From Candidatus Eiseniibacteriota bacterium (lineage in GTDB: Bacteria > Eisenbacteria > RBG-16-71-46), in the NCBI GenBank assembly GCA_963744995.1, contig CAVUWA010000002.1, forward strand, positions 864,001 through 928,000: a DNA stretch of 64,000 nt, read 5' to 3'. Below the pieces are notes generated by a model. It saw nothing but the letters and a program-made list of their open reading frames with translations. It was not told the DNA's origin and ran no database searches. The translations under genes and the position numbers were made by a program. Positions within the stretch are counted from its first letter, which is position 1; each line of letters opens with the position of its first letter. Below, one piece after another: positions 8,497 through 18,289 of the stretch.

Positions 8497-9762
8497 GTGA
8501 ATCTGGACTGGCGACGCCTGAAAGCGGTCGTGATCGAGAGCGACGACTGGGGTCTCTGTGCGTGGTCCGCCGACGCGCATGCGCACCGCGTTCTCGCCGA
8601 CACGCCGGCGTACCGTCACCCCGCGGGGCGCCGGTACGGTGGTTCGACGCTCGAGTCGGCGGCCGACCTCGACGCCATGCGCGCGCTGCTCGAGGGCGTC
8701 CCGGGAGCGGGAGAGATCGCGCCGGTGCTGCAGGCCAACACCGTGATGGCGGCGCCCGACTACGCGCGGCTCCAACCGCCGCTGTTCGAAACCGAGTCGC
8801 TGCCGCTGACCCCGTTCCCGCACACGCCATCGCGCTGGCGCAGGCCCGGACTGGATGCGGCGCTCAAGCGCGCGATCGAGGCGGGAGTGTGGTGGCCCGA
8901 GCTGCACGGCCTTCATCATCTTCCCGAAGCCGCGTGGCTCACCGCGTTGCGTCGCAGCGAGCCGGACGCGCGGCGTGCGTTCGACCAGCAGTCGATGGTC
9001 TGCGCCGCGATCGAACACGGCGGCGAGTACGGCGCGTCCGAGCCGCTCGAGCTGCGCCGCGCGCGTCTGGCTCTCGCCGTGGAGAGGTTCCGCGAGCTGT
9101 TCGGTCGTGCGCCCGGCTCGTTCTGTCCGCCCGACTATCACTGGGATCCGTCGCTCGATCACGATGCGGAGACGCTCGGGCTCCACGTGTTCCAGGGCGC
9201 GGCCGAGTCGGCGGGCGCGCGCGCGCCGCGCTTCAGGAGGCTGTTCCATCGCTTCCGCTGGCCGCAGTTCGACGGCCGCCGCTTCCTGATGCCGCCGCGC
9301 ATCGCGTTCGAACCGCTGTCGTCCGACGGGCCTTCCGAGGCCCTCGGGGTCGAGCGCACCTGGCGCGCAGTGCAGGACGCATGGGGGCGCGGCCAGCCGG
9401 CGGTGGTGAGCACGCATCGGATGAACTACGTCCACCTGCAGCCGGGCTGGGCCGACGCCGGGCGCGCGGCACTGGCGGCCCTGCTCGAGCGGCTCGTGGC
9501 GGCGGGAGGGATGTTCCTCGTCGACGTGGAGGTGCGCGCCCTGCTCGAGCGCGGCTGGTCGCTGCGGCCGGTGGGCGGAAACAGCGCGGTGTTCCGCTAC
9601 TTCGGCGTGCCCGGAGAGCCGGTGACGCTGCCGGCGCCGCCGGGCGTGCACGGCGTCGAGGCGTCGCCCGGGACCACCGGGGCCCGGTTCGAGCCCGTGG
9701 AAGGCGGAATCAGCGCGCGCGTCAACGTCGGCAGCTATCGCCTGCGCTGGAACCCCGCATGA
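8497..9762 (+). CDS. Polysaccharide deacetylase-like protein (IESDDWG type)
   Basis: IESDDWG, ELHGLHH, FRELFGRAPGSFCPPDYHW and STHRMNY resemble NodB-like metal and catalytic motifs. GTG 8497 follows GGGAG. Confidence 0.65.
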   Translation: MNLDWRRLKAVVIESDDWGLCAWSADAHAHRVLADTPAYRHPAGRRYGGSTLESAADLDAMRALLEGVPGAGEIAPVLQANTVMAAPDYARLQPPLFETESLPLTPFPHTPSRWRRPGLDAALKRAIEAGVWWPELHGLHHLPEAAWLTALRRSEPDARRAFDQQSMVCAAIEHGGEYGASEPLELRRARLALAVERFRELFGRAPGSFCPPDYHWDPSLDHDAETLGLHVFQGAAESAGARAPRFRRLFHRFRWPQFDGRRFLMPPRIAFEPLSSDGPSEALGVERTWRAVQDAWGRGQPAVVSTHRMNYVHLQPGWADAGRAALAALLERLVAAGGMFLVDVEVRALLERGWSLRPVGGNSAVFRYFGVPGEPVTLPAPPGVHGVEASPGTTGARFEPVEGGISARVNVGSYRLRWNPA

Positions 9763-10487
9763 GCGCTGCGTGGCGGGAGCTGCAGCGGCAGCCGACGCGG
9801 AAGTGGGCATTCTGGCGCTTCAACTGGCTCGCCCGCCACAAGTTGATCCGGGCGCTCGAGCGCGTTCGCGGCCATGCGAGCGGCCGCCTGCTCGACGTCG
9901 GCTGCGGCTGGCGTCCGTTCGCGGCGGTGTTCGAGGGGCAGGTCGGGCACTACTGGGGAACGGATCTCAGGACTTCGAAGGACCTCGCCGGCGTGGCCCC
10001 GGATTTCTTCTCGCGCGGCGAGGCCCTGCCGGTGCGCGACGGCTCGCTCGACACCGTGCTCGGCCTGTCCATGCTGAGCTACGTCACGCGGCCGCGCCAC
10101 GTCATCGAGGAGACGTTCCGCGTCCTGCGGCCCGGCGGCACGCTGATCATGGAGTTCACGCAGATGGCGTCCGTGCTCGAGGGCGGCTACGACTACTTCC
10201 GCTACACCCGCTTCGGCGCCGAGGAGATGCTGCGGGACGCCGGCTTCGAGATCCTCGAGGTGATCCCGATCGGCGGCCTGTGGTCGCGCGTCGGACTGCA
10301 TCTCATCGGCCGGCTGAACCGGCTGAACCGGGGACCGCTGCGAGTCGTCACCGAGGTGCCGGTGCGGCTGGCATACGTGATCGTGCAACTCGGTTGCGAA
10401 GCGCTCGACCATCTGGTGCCGACGCCGCACGAACGGCTCGCCCACCTGGTCGTGGCACGCCGTCCGGGTCCGCTGCCCGCCCGTTGA
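9759..10487 (+). CDS. Class I SAM-dependent methyltransferase
   Basis: LLDVGCG, ALPVRDGSLDTV, RVLRPGG, DYFRYT. ATGA overlap with the upstream gene. Confidence 0.9.
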   Translation: MSAAWRELQRQPTRKWAFWRFNWLARHKLIRALERVRGHASGRLLDVGCGWRPFAAVFEGQVGHYWGTDLRTSKDLAGVAPDFFSRGEALPVRDGSLDTVLGLSMLSYVTRPRHVIEETFRVLRPGGTLIMEFTQMASVLEGGYDYFRYTRFGAEEMLRDAGFEILEVIPIGGLWSRVGLHLIGRLNRLNRGPLRVVTEVPVRLAYVIVQLGCEALDHLVPTPHERLAHLVVARRPGPLPAR

Positions 10488-10632
10488 CCCCCTTGCGAAC
10501 CGGGTGCTAACGTTCGCGCGTGCTGCCCCGACCGCGTTTCCGTACCCGCCGCCGCCGTTCCGCCACTCCGGCCCGCGACCGCGAAGAACCACCGCCCGGG
10601 GCCGCCTTGCGCCCCCCGGGGACCTTCGTTTC

Positions 10633-11115
10633 ATGAGCCTCGATCCCATCCCGCAGGTCGGGATCAGCCGCGTCATCGGCCTGCTCGAGGTGCTCGACGA
10701 CGCGGGCGGCCGCTACGACATCTTCCGCCTCGCGCGCGACATCAACTACGAGTTCGGCGAGATCGTTCAGGTCATCAAGGCGGCCGAGATGCTGAACCTG
10801 GTGGTGACCCCCGGCGCCGACGTCGTGCTCACGGCCACCGGGAATTCGCTCCTGCGCGCCGAGGTCAACGAGCGCAAGAAGCTGCTGAAGAAGCAGCTCC
10901 GCCAGCTGCCGCTGTTCAAGACGATGGTCGAGACGCTCCTGCGCGCCGAAGACCATCGGGCGGATGAGGAGACCTTCCTCGAGATCCTCGCCCTGCACCT
11001 GCCTGCCGAGAACGCCGACTCGCTGCTCAAGACCGTCGTCGATTGGGGCCGTTACGCCGAGCTGCTCGGCTACAACCCGGACGACGAGCAGATCTACCTG
11101 GACCAGCCCGAGTAG
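10633..11115 (+). CDS. Stand-alone AAA-associated domain protein (C-terminal domain of NitT/TauT ABC ATPases)
   Basis: PQVGISRVIGLLEVL, DIFRLA, AAEMLNLV, LKTVVDWGRYAELLGY. No Walker motifs. Confidence 0.75.
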   Translation: MSLDPIPQVGISRVIGLLEVLDDAGGRYDIFRLARDINYEFGEIVQVIKAAEMLNLVVTPGADVVLTATGNSLLRAEVNERKKLLKKQLRQLPLFKTMVETLLRAEDHRADEETFLEILALHLPAENADSLLKTVVDWGRYAELLGYNPDDEQIYLDQPE

Positions 11116-11240
11116 CGCGCGGCCCCCGCCGCAGGGACCGGGCCCGCAGGCGCCCGGCGCACGGCACGGGAGCGAAGGAGACCGTCAGCCGTTTTCGCCG
11201 CGCCGCGGACCGGGGACCGCGGCGAGCCGCAGCGACGCAC

Positions 11241-11615
11241 CTACAGCGGCCGCGCCTGGTAGATGACCTCGTTCACCCCGTCCACCGTGAAGATGTGCTT
11301 CTGCACCATGGGGCCGCGCGGCACCCGGCCGCCGCGCCAGTGGAATTCGCCGGGCGCGTTCGTCCACTGCCAGATGAGCAGGAAGTCGGAATCGTTTGCG
11401 ACCTTGAACTTCATCTCCGCCTCTTCGCCGTCGGGCAGGGACTCTCGGACGAAGGTCTGGCCGTCGACGACCAGGCGTACGCGCTGCATGTCGCGTCCGG
11501 TCTGGTTGACGATGACGGCGGTGTGTCCGGGCTGGCGGTTGAGCAGTTGCGGGTAGTGATGCCACCCGTACCAGGCGGCGGCCGCCACGACGGCGAGCAG
11601 GATGAGTTTCTTCAT
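11241..11615 (-). CDS. Small exported or membrane-anchored hypothetical protein
   Basis: MKKLILLAVVAAAAWYGW N-terminal anchor, beta-rich domain, RBS GGAGGG. Confidence 0.8.
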   Translation of the reverse strand: MKKLILLAVVAAAAWYGWHHYPQLLNRQPGHTAVIVNQTGRDMQRVRLVVDGQTFVRESLPDGEEAEMKFKVANDSDFLLIWQWTNAPGEFHWRGGRVPRGPMVQKHIFTVDGVNEVIYQARPL

Positions 11616-11725
11616 GGATCCCTCCGGTAGGACGTGCGGCGTCCTGCCGCACAGGAGTCGAAACTAGATCCATTCGGCGCGTGGGGCAAGGACCGGAATG
11701 CTTCGAAGCCGCGCGCCGTTCGCGG

Positions 11726-13021
11726 TCACTCCGTGATCCGGCCGTCGGCGTGCGGCGCCTCCGCCTCGACCGGGGTCACCGGCGCGTGCAGCGGCTCCTT
11801 CACGGCGCGAAACGCGAGGAACAGGGACACCGACGCGATCCCGTAGAGCACCGCGGTCACGTAGAACGGCACCGCGTAGCCGAAGCGCTGGATCACCAGC
11901 CCGGCCAGCGCGGAGCTCGCCGCCCAGCCGGTGTTCCACAGGGTGTTGTTGATGCTGGTGGAGCGTGCGCGCAGCCGGCGCGGCAGCACCTCCATCACGA
12001 ACGCGTGGTGGAGCGGCGTCGATGCCTGCATCAGAACCGCGCGCATCCAGAACGCGCCCACCGCCACGGACAGCCGCCGCTCGGCGCCCAGCGTCAGCAG
12101 GAACGGAAGCGAGGCCAGTTCGAAGCCGGTTGCCGTACGCAGCTTGCCGAAGCGCCGCGAGAGCGGCGGACCGAGCAGCGCCGCGATCGCGGTGAACATC
12201 TGCGCGACCGAGAAGAACGCGCCGATCTGGGCGCTCGAACACGTGAACCGGTGCGCGAAGTAGAGATTCATGAACGGAATCACCAGCCCCGCGCCCGAGC
12301 CGATCAGGAACGCGTTGAGCGCGATCGGGACGAGGCGCCGCCGCACCTCCGGCGGTACCGGTTCGGGGTCGCGCGCGGCCGGAGTCTCGCCCAGATCGCC
12401 CATGCGCCAGAGCGGCACGAACGCCAGGGCCGCGGCCGCCGCAGCGACGAGCAGGGTCGCACGGTATGCGGCGACGGTTCCCGGGGCGAGGCCGCCGGGC
12501 AGGGCCAGCAGCGCCCAGGGCAGCACCCCGCCGAGCAGGCTGCCGATCACACCGGCGGTGAGCGAGACCGCGAAGAACGAGGTGAACAGGTGGGTGCGCT
12601 CGCGCGTGGAGGAGTGCTCGGTGATGAACGGCGCGGCGGTGATGAGGACGAACGCCTGGCCCACGCCGCCCAGGAAGCTGCCGGCGAAGATCGGCATGGG
12701 AAGGAACACGACCGAACGCACGACGAGGCCGGCTGCTTCGAGCGCGACGCCGAGCATCAGGGTGCGGCGGCGCCCCCAGCGGTCGGCCAGCACGCCCGCC
12801 GGCAGTGCGGTCAGCGCAAGACCGATCGCGCTGGCCGCGATCGCCTGGCCGACGAAAGCCTCCTGATAGCCGCCTTCCACCAGGTAGAGGTTGTAGAGCA
12901 CCTGATGCATGCCCTGCGCGGCCCACGCCAGCAGATCGCTGGCGAGGAACAGACGCGCGGGGCGTGAAAAGACCCGCGCGGCATCGCGGTATTCGTTCCA
13001 CAGGGATCGGATCGGGCTCAT
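11726..13021 (-). CDS. MFS transporter
   Basis: GVLADRWGRRRTL motif A and about 12 TM segments. Confidence 0.92.
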   Translation of the reverse strand: MSPIRSLWNEYRDAARVFSRPARLFLASDLLAWAAQGMHQVLYNLYLVEGGYQEAFVGQAIAASAIGLALTALPAGVLADRWGRRRTLMLGVALEAAGLVVRSVVFLPMPIFAGSFLGGVGQAFVLITAAPFITEHSSTRERTHLFTSFFAVSLTAGVIGSLLGGVLPWALLALPGGLAPGTVAAYRATLLVAAAAAALAFVPLWRMGDLGETPAARDPEPVPPEVRRRLVPIALNAFLIGSGAGLVIPFMNLYFAHRFTCSSAQIGAFFSVAQMFTAIAALLGPPLSRRFGKLRTATGFELASLPFLLTLGAERRLSVAVGAFWMRAVLMQASTPLHHAFVMEVLPRRLRARSTSINNTLWNTGWAASSALAGLVIQRFGYAVPFYVTAVLYGIASVSLFLAFRAVKEPLHAPVTPVEAEAPHADGRITE

Positions 13022-13087
13022 GGCTCCGCAAGAAAAAGCGACGGCCGCTCGAGCGACCGCCGATGCCGCAGGGGGGGCGGAGGTGGA

Positions 13088-13696
13088 TCAGAGGATCGGG
13101 TTGGCCTCGTCTGCGTGGGGAGCGGCAACCGAACGAGCGTCCGCACGGATGATCGGCTCGAACGCCGCAGGGGTCATCGCGATCACGATACGCGCGGTCA
13201 CGTCGCCGCAGTTCTCGACCGCGTGCGGCGTGCGGCCGTCGTAATGGCATGAGTCGCCCGTCTCGAGCACGATCGAGTCATCGCCGCACGTGAGGCGCAC
13301 CGTGCCTTCGAAGCAGAACACGCACTCCTCGCCGTGGTGATAGTGACGCTTGTCGCGGCCCGAGAGCCCCGGCGGCAGCTCGGCGAGAATCAGCTCGAGG
13401 TTGCGCTTGGGCTGCGCCGAGAGCACTTCGACCCGGCCGGCGTTGCCGCCCACCGGCACGCGCGGCCGCTTTCCGGCGCGCACGATATGGGGCATCGGTT
13501 CCTCTTCGACGACCAGGTAGGCCACGGACGTTTCGAGTGCGCGCGCGAGGTCGCGGAGCGTCGAGAGGGATGGAGAGGTCCGGTCGTTCTCGACCTGGCT
13601 GATGAAGCCCTTCGAGAGGTTGCTGGCTTCGGCCAGCTGCTGCACCGTCATCCCTCGACGAAGCCGCAAGTCCCTGATCTTCCTGCCCAGTTGCAT
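13088..13696 (-). CDS. XRE-family HTH regulator with cupin sensor domain (PuuR-like)
   Basis: LGRKIRDLR...SKGFISQVENDRTSPSLSTL and cupin HYHHGEEC...GDS...PH. Confidence 0.93.
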   Translation of the reverse strand: MQLGRKIRDLRLRRGMTVQQLAEASNLSKGFISQVENDRTSPSLSTLRDLARALETSVAYLVVEEEPMPHIVRAGKRPRVPVGGNAGRVEVLSAQPKRNLELILAELPPGLSGRDKRHYHHGEECVFCFEGTVRLTCGDDSIVLETGDSCHYDGRTPHAVENCGDVTARIVIAMTPAAFEPIIRADARSVAAPHADEANPIL

Positions 13697-13738
13697 CGGC
13701 CACCTCCGGAGCGTTTGGAGGTCGAGGTGAGGTCGAAA

Positions 13739-13767
13739 AGGCTAAGGCAGGGTCTGGTCCGAGTCAA
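13739..13767 (-). promoter_or_regulatory. Sigma70-type promoter of the XRE-cupin/MFS unit
   Basis: TTGACT-17 bp-TAGCCT on the minus strand, 42 bp upstream of the ATG. Confidence 0.6.
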
Positions 13768-13864
13768 CCAAATCCTTGCGGGAAGCCGTACTTCGCTGGA
13801 ATGCGACGCCGGAGCGCGGTCCCGAGCGTGACGATCTGACGCAGCGCCGTGCGCGATCCGTGTG

Positions 13865-16255
13865 TCAGAACTCGAACGTGACGCCGACCGTCGGCAGGAT
13901 CGTTCCCGATTCGTCGGCGATGGTCTTCATCAGGTACCGCGATGAGTCGGCGGGATCGACGATGGGGGCGCCGTCACCGTCACGAACGACGGTGAGGATC
14001 GGTTTGAGCTTCACCACGTGGCCATAGACGTTCTGGACGTCGAGGTACACGTCCAGCGAGCTCGTGCGGAAATACCACCTGCGATCGATGCGCAGGTCGA
14101 GAGCGTGCAGCGCGGAGGTGCGTTCCGAGTTCAGCCGCCGATAGTCGGGAACGGCGGTGTGCTGCGCGTCCCAGACGTCGCGGCGCGACGACAGCGCCAC
14201 GTCGTCGGGCGTATAAGGCGCGCCGCCGAGGTAGCGCCAGCGCATGCCGAGTTCCCAGCCGCCCGTCCACCGCTTGCCGCCCGTGAGCGAGACCAGGTGC
14301 CGGTTGTCCCATGCCGACGGCACATACGCGCCGTCCGCCGTAGTGAACTCGCTGCGCACGAATGTATATGCGGCGATCCCGTACCAGCCGCGGTAGAGCC
14401 GCTGCTGCAGCAACACCTCCGTGCCGTAGCTGCGGCCGCGCGACGTCGAGGTCGCCGGCGCGTCGCCGATCACGCCGAAATCGGCGCCGAGGTTGGCGAG
14501 GCTGACGCCGCGGTCGACGAGAAACGGATAGCCGGTGTAACGCTTGTAGAATGCTTCGAGCGTCGCCTTCGCATTGGGCGTGCCGGCGAATTCGACGCCG
14601 CTCACCAGATGATCCGCACGGATCCAGCCCACGCCCGCGTCGCGGTTGACGAGCCGCCCCGCGCCGTCGCGATAGCCGAGCGTGGTGTAGGGCGGAAGCT
14701 GCTGGTAGCGCGCCGCACCGAGGTTCCAGCGCCACCCCGGTGCGAGCGCCACCGAGAGGGCGGCACGCGGCGACAGGGCGCGCAGTGGATCGCGGGTCTC
14801 CGGCGAGTAGTCTGCGGCGTCGGTGCGCAGGCCGAGCGAAAGGGTGGCGCGGCCGCGCCAGAACGGCCGGCTGGCCTGGGCGAACGCCGCGTACTTGCCG
14901 AATGCCAGCCGCGAGCCGTAGTCGACCACCACCGGACCGGCGGGCAGCCCGCGATTCTCGAACGTCGAAGTCCGGTATTCGGCGGTCTCGTAGCCGATTC
15001 CATAGTCGAGCCGCAGATCGCCTTCGCGGCTCGTGCGCTCGATGCGCAGTTTGTTCTCGATCTCCTGCGAGTCGTAGTCGAGCAGCAGCCCGGCGGGGCC
15101 CGATGCCTCACTGCCCGCCTCCTTCGTGGCCCGGTTGCGCAGGTGATTGCGGCTGAGCACCGTGGTGAGCACGCCGCCCGGGGAGAAGTGGCGCCAGACC
15201 GCGCCCGCGGCGTAGTTCCACTGGTCGTTCTCGGGCAGCTCATCGAGCAGATAGCGGTTGAGATCGGTGTCGCCCGAGCCGCTGTTGAGGCGCACGTCGT
15301 CGATCGCGCCGAGAGCGAGCAGCTCGATCTCGTTCGACGCGTCGATGCGCGTGCGCGACTTGAACTGGAAGTCGTCGTAGGTGGGCAGGAACGGCAGATC
15401 CAGTGCTTCGAACAGGAACTGCAGGTACGAACGACGCGCCGAGAGGATGAACGTGCTGCGGGGCCCGAGCGGGCCGTCGAGCGTCACCCCCAGATCGCTC
15501 GCGCCGAGCGTGGCCGTCGCGACGAGTCGCCGGTCGTTGCCGTCCAGCATGTGGATCTCCATGATCGAGCTGAGCGCATTGCCCCGATCGGCGGGAAACG
15601 CGCTCGTGTGCAGTTCGACCTCGCGGATGAAGTCCACGTTCAGCATGCCGACCGGTCCGCCGGAGGAGCCCTGTGTCGCGAAGTGATTGATGCTGGGCAC
15701 CTCGACTCCGTCGAGATAGAAGCGGTTCTCGCCGGGGGCGCCGCCGCGAATGATGATGTCGTTGCGGAACGTCGGGGTGGAGGCGACGCCGGGCAGACTC
15801 TGAATGACCTGCGAGATGTCCCTGGCGCCGCCGGGCGAGCGCTTGATCTCGGCGGTCCCGAGCGACTGCAATGAGAGCGGACTCTCGTGCCGGCGCGGGA
15901 ACGGCGAAGCCGTGACCGTCACGGAGTCCGTGGCGAGCGGCCGCTCCTCGAGCAGCACCTCCACGAACGCCGGCTTGACGCCGGTGACCTCCACCTCGGC
16001 GACGGTCGCACTGCGGAAGCCGAGCTGGGCCACCTCGAGCGTGTAGAGGCCGGCCGCGAGCCCGGCGATCTCGAACGCGCCGGCATCGTCCGCCGTGGCG
16101 CCGATGCGCGCGCCCTGGAGCACCACGTTCGCGAACGGCACCGGCTCGCGGTTGCGCGCATCGAGCACGCGGCCACGAATCACCCCCTGCCCGGCGAGCA
16201 CCGGCGACGCGAGCATGAGGGCGGCGAAGACGAGCGCCGACAGGAGACGGATCAC
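13865..16255 (-). CDS. TonB-dependent receptor with N-terminal carboxypeptidase-regulatory-like domain
   Basis: Signal peptide, IRGRVLDA...VPFANV, plug IIIRGGAPGENRFYLDG, C-terminal VGVTFEF. Start may be 16255 or 16309. Confidence 0.92.
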   Translation of the reverse strand: MIRLLSALVFAALMLASPVLAGQGVIRGRVLDARNREPVPFANVVLQGARIGATADDAGAFEIAGLAAGLYTLEVAQLGFRSATVAEVEVTGVKPAFVEVLLEERPLATDSVTVTASPFPRRHESPLSLQSLGTAEIKRSPGGARDISQVIQSLPGVASTPTFRNDIIIRGGAPGENRFYLDGVEVPSINHFATQGSSGGPVGMLNVDFIREVELHTSAFPADRGNALSSIMEIHMLDGNDRRLVATATLGASDLGVTLDGPLGPRSTFILSARRSYLQFLFEALDLPFLPTYDDFQFKSRTRIDASNEIELLALGAIDDVRLNSGSGDTDLNRYLLDELPENDQWNYAAGAVWRHFSPGGVLTTVLSRNHLRNRATKEAGSEASGPAGLLLDYDSQEIENKLRIERTSREGDLRLDYGIGYETAEYRTSTFENRGLPAGPVVVDYGSRLAFGKYAAFAQASRPFWRGRATLSLGLRTDAADYSPETRDPLRALSPRAALSVALAPGWRWNLGAARYQQLPPYTTLGYRDGAGRLVNRDAGVGWIRADHLVSGVEFAGTPNAKATLEAFYKRYTGYPFLVDRGVSLANLGADFGVIGDAPATSTSRGRSYGTEVLLQQRLYRGWYGIAAYTFVRSEFTTADGAYVPSAWDNRHLVSLTGGKRWTGGWELGMRWRYLGGAPYTPDDVALSSRRDVWDAQHTAVPDYRRLNSERTSALHALDLRIDRRWYFRTSSLDVYLDVQNVYGHVVKLKPILTVVRDGDGAPIVDPADSSRYLMKTIADESGTILPTVGVTFEF

Positions 16256-16375
16256 GACGATCGGCGGGCCGCGCCGGTTCGGCGGGCACCCCGCGCCCGC
16301 GTGCGGCACGGGCGTGGCGCGCTCCTGCCGCCGCGACGGACGCAGGGCGAGGCCGGCGAGGCGTCGGACGTCACG

Positions 16376-18289
16376 TCAGCCCTCCGCGGAGCGGGCACGG
16401 ACCACGGCCGGCCTGCCGTCGGCGCGCGGCGCGTGGTGCGAAGTCTCGCCGAGAAACTGCAGTCGGTACAGGCGCGCGTAGATGCCGTTCCTGGCGAGCA
16501 GCTCCGCGTGCGTGCCGATCTCCCGCACCTGGCCGTGGTGCAGGACGACGATCCGGTCGACGTGCTGAATCGTGGAGAGCCGGTGGGCGATGATCAGCGA
16601 GGTGCGCCCTTCCATCAGGCGCCGCAGTGCGTCCTGGATCAGCTGCTCGGTGTGCGTGTCGACGTTCGAGGTCGCCTCGTCGAGGATCAGCAGCCGCGGC
16701 CCGTGGGCGAGCGCGCGTGCGAACGCCAGCAGCTGGCGCTGCCCCGCCGAAAGGGTGGCGCCGCGCTCGCGAACCGGGGCGTCGTAGCCACCGTCGAGGC
16801 GGCGCACGAACGCGTCGGCGTGCACCTCGCGGGCGGCGGCTTCCACCGCCTCGCGCGTGATCCCCGGGTCGCCCATGCGCAGGTTGCCTTCGATCGAACC
16901 GGTGAACAGGAAGGAATCCTGGAGCACGAAGCCGGTCTGGCGCCGCAGCGCGACCACGTTCCACGCCGAGAGCGGCACGCCGTCCACGCTCACCTCGCCC
17001 TTCTGCGGGACGTAGAAGCGCATGAGCAGGCTCGTCAGCGTCGTCTTGCCCGAGCCGGTGGCGCCGACCAGCGCGACCTTCTCGCCGGGCCGGATCTCGA
17101 ACGACACGTCACGCAGCACCCACTCGTCCTGGTAGGCGAACCACACGTGGTCGAACGCGATGTGCCCCTCGAGCGCGGCGCGATGGCCGGCGGCCGGCGC
17201 GGGCTCGAACGGCAGTTCCGAGATCGCGGTCTCGCGGCCTTCGTCGGTGAGCCCCGTGCTGGCGCCCGCGCGTGCGGGTCCGAGCGCCGCAGCCACGTCG
17301 GCCGGCGTGTCGAGCACTTTGAAGATCCGCTCCGACGACGCCATCGCCTGCTGCAGGATACCGTACTTCTCGCCGAGGTCCGAGATCGGACGGAAGAACC
17401 GCTGCGTGTACTGGATGAAGGCCACCAGCGTACCGAGCGTGATGCCGGACCACATGACCTGTCGGCCGCCGTACCAGACGATCAGCGACACGGCGAGCGC
17501 ACCGACCAGCTCGAGCAGCGGAAAGAAGATCGCGTGGTAATAGACCGCCTGCAGGTTGGCGTCGCGGTGCGCGGCGTTGATGCGGCTGAACTCGTTGAAG
17601 TTGCGCGATTCGCGGTTCAACATCTGCACGGTGCTCATGCCGGTGAGGTTCTCGTTCAGAAACGCGTTGACCCGCGCCAGGCGGCTGCGGATCTCGCGGA
17701 ACGAGCGGCGCACCTTGGCGCGGAACGTCAGCGACACGATGAAGATCAGCGGCAACACCGAGAACGACACCGCGAGCAGCTCGGCGCTCATCCGGTACAT
17801 GGCGAAGATGATCCCGAGCAGGATGAACAGGTCGCCGAAGATCGCGACGACGCCGGCGGTGACCATTTCGTTCAGGATGTCGACGTCGTTGGTGACCCGC
17901 GTCATCAGGCGGCCGATCGGATGGCGATCGAAGTACGCGACCGGCAGGCGCTGCAGGTGGTGGAACAGCGCCATGCGCAGATCCATCATCACGTGTTGCC
18001 CGACGCGCTGCATGATCTGCGTGTGCAGGTAGCTGAGGCCGAAGCCCACGAGCAGCACGCTCAGGTACAGCACCGCCACGCGGTCCAGGTGCCCGAGATC
18101 GTGGTGGCGGATGCCGTGGTCGATCGCCTCCTTGGTGAGGTAGGGGCCGGCCAGCCCGACGAGGCCGTCGAGCACCACCAGCACGCCGGCCACCACGAGT
18201 CGCCCGCGGTAGGGGCGCACGTAGGTGAGCAGGCGCCGCATCAGCCGGTGGTCGTAGCCCTTGCTGTGGAGATCGTCGTCGATCATCAC
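16376..18289 (-). CDS. ABC exporter TMD-NBD subunit (MdlB/YheH-like)
   Basis: 6-TM domain, GATGSGKT, LSAGQRQ, ILDEATS, IAHRLST. Confidence 0.93.
   Translation of the reverse strand: MMIDDDLHSKGYDHRLMRRLLTYVRPYRGRLVVAGVLVVLDGLVGLAGPYLTKEAIDHGIRHHDLGHLDRVAVLYLSVLLVGFGLSYLHTQIMQRVGQHVMMDLRMALFHHLQRLPVAYFDRHPIGRLMTRVTNDVDILNEMVTAGVVAIFGDLFILLGIIFAMYRMSAELLAVSFSVLPLIFIVSLTFRAKVRRSFREIRSRLARVNAFLNENLTGMSTVQMLNRESRNFNEFSRINAAHRDANLQAVYYHAIFFPLLELVGALAVSLIVWYGGRQVMWSGITLGTLVAFIQYTQRFFRPISDLGEKYGILQQAMASSERIFKVLDTPADVAAALGPARAGASTGLTDEGRETAISELPFEPAPAAGHRAALEGHIAFDHVWFAYQDEWVLRDVSFEIRPGEKVALVGATGSGKTTLTSLLMRFYVPQKGEVSVDGVPLSAWNVVALRRQTGFVLQDSFLFTGSIEGNLRMGDPGITREAVEAAAREVHADAFVRRLDGGYDAPVRERGATLSAGQRQLLAFARALAHGPRLLILDEATSNVDTHTEQLIQDALRRLMEGRTSLIIAHRLSTIQHVDRIVVLHHGQVREIGTHAELLARNGIYARLYRLQFLGETSHHAPRADGRPAVVRARSAEG

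Noticed and set aside
6846..10487. 1213 aa ORF as one giant protein
   Set aside because: Only the last 242 aa (methyltransferase) are protein-like. The rest is Arg/Ala/Gly-rich shadow of real genes, as expected at this GC content.
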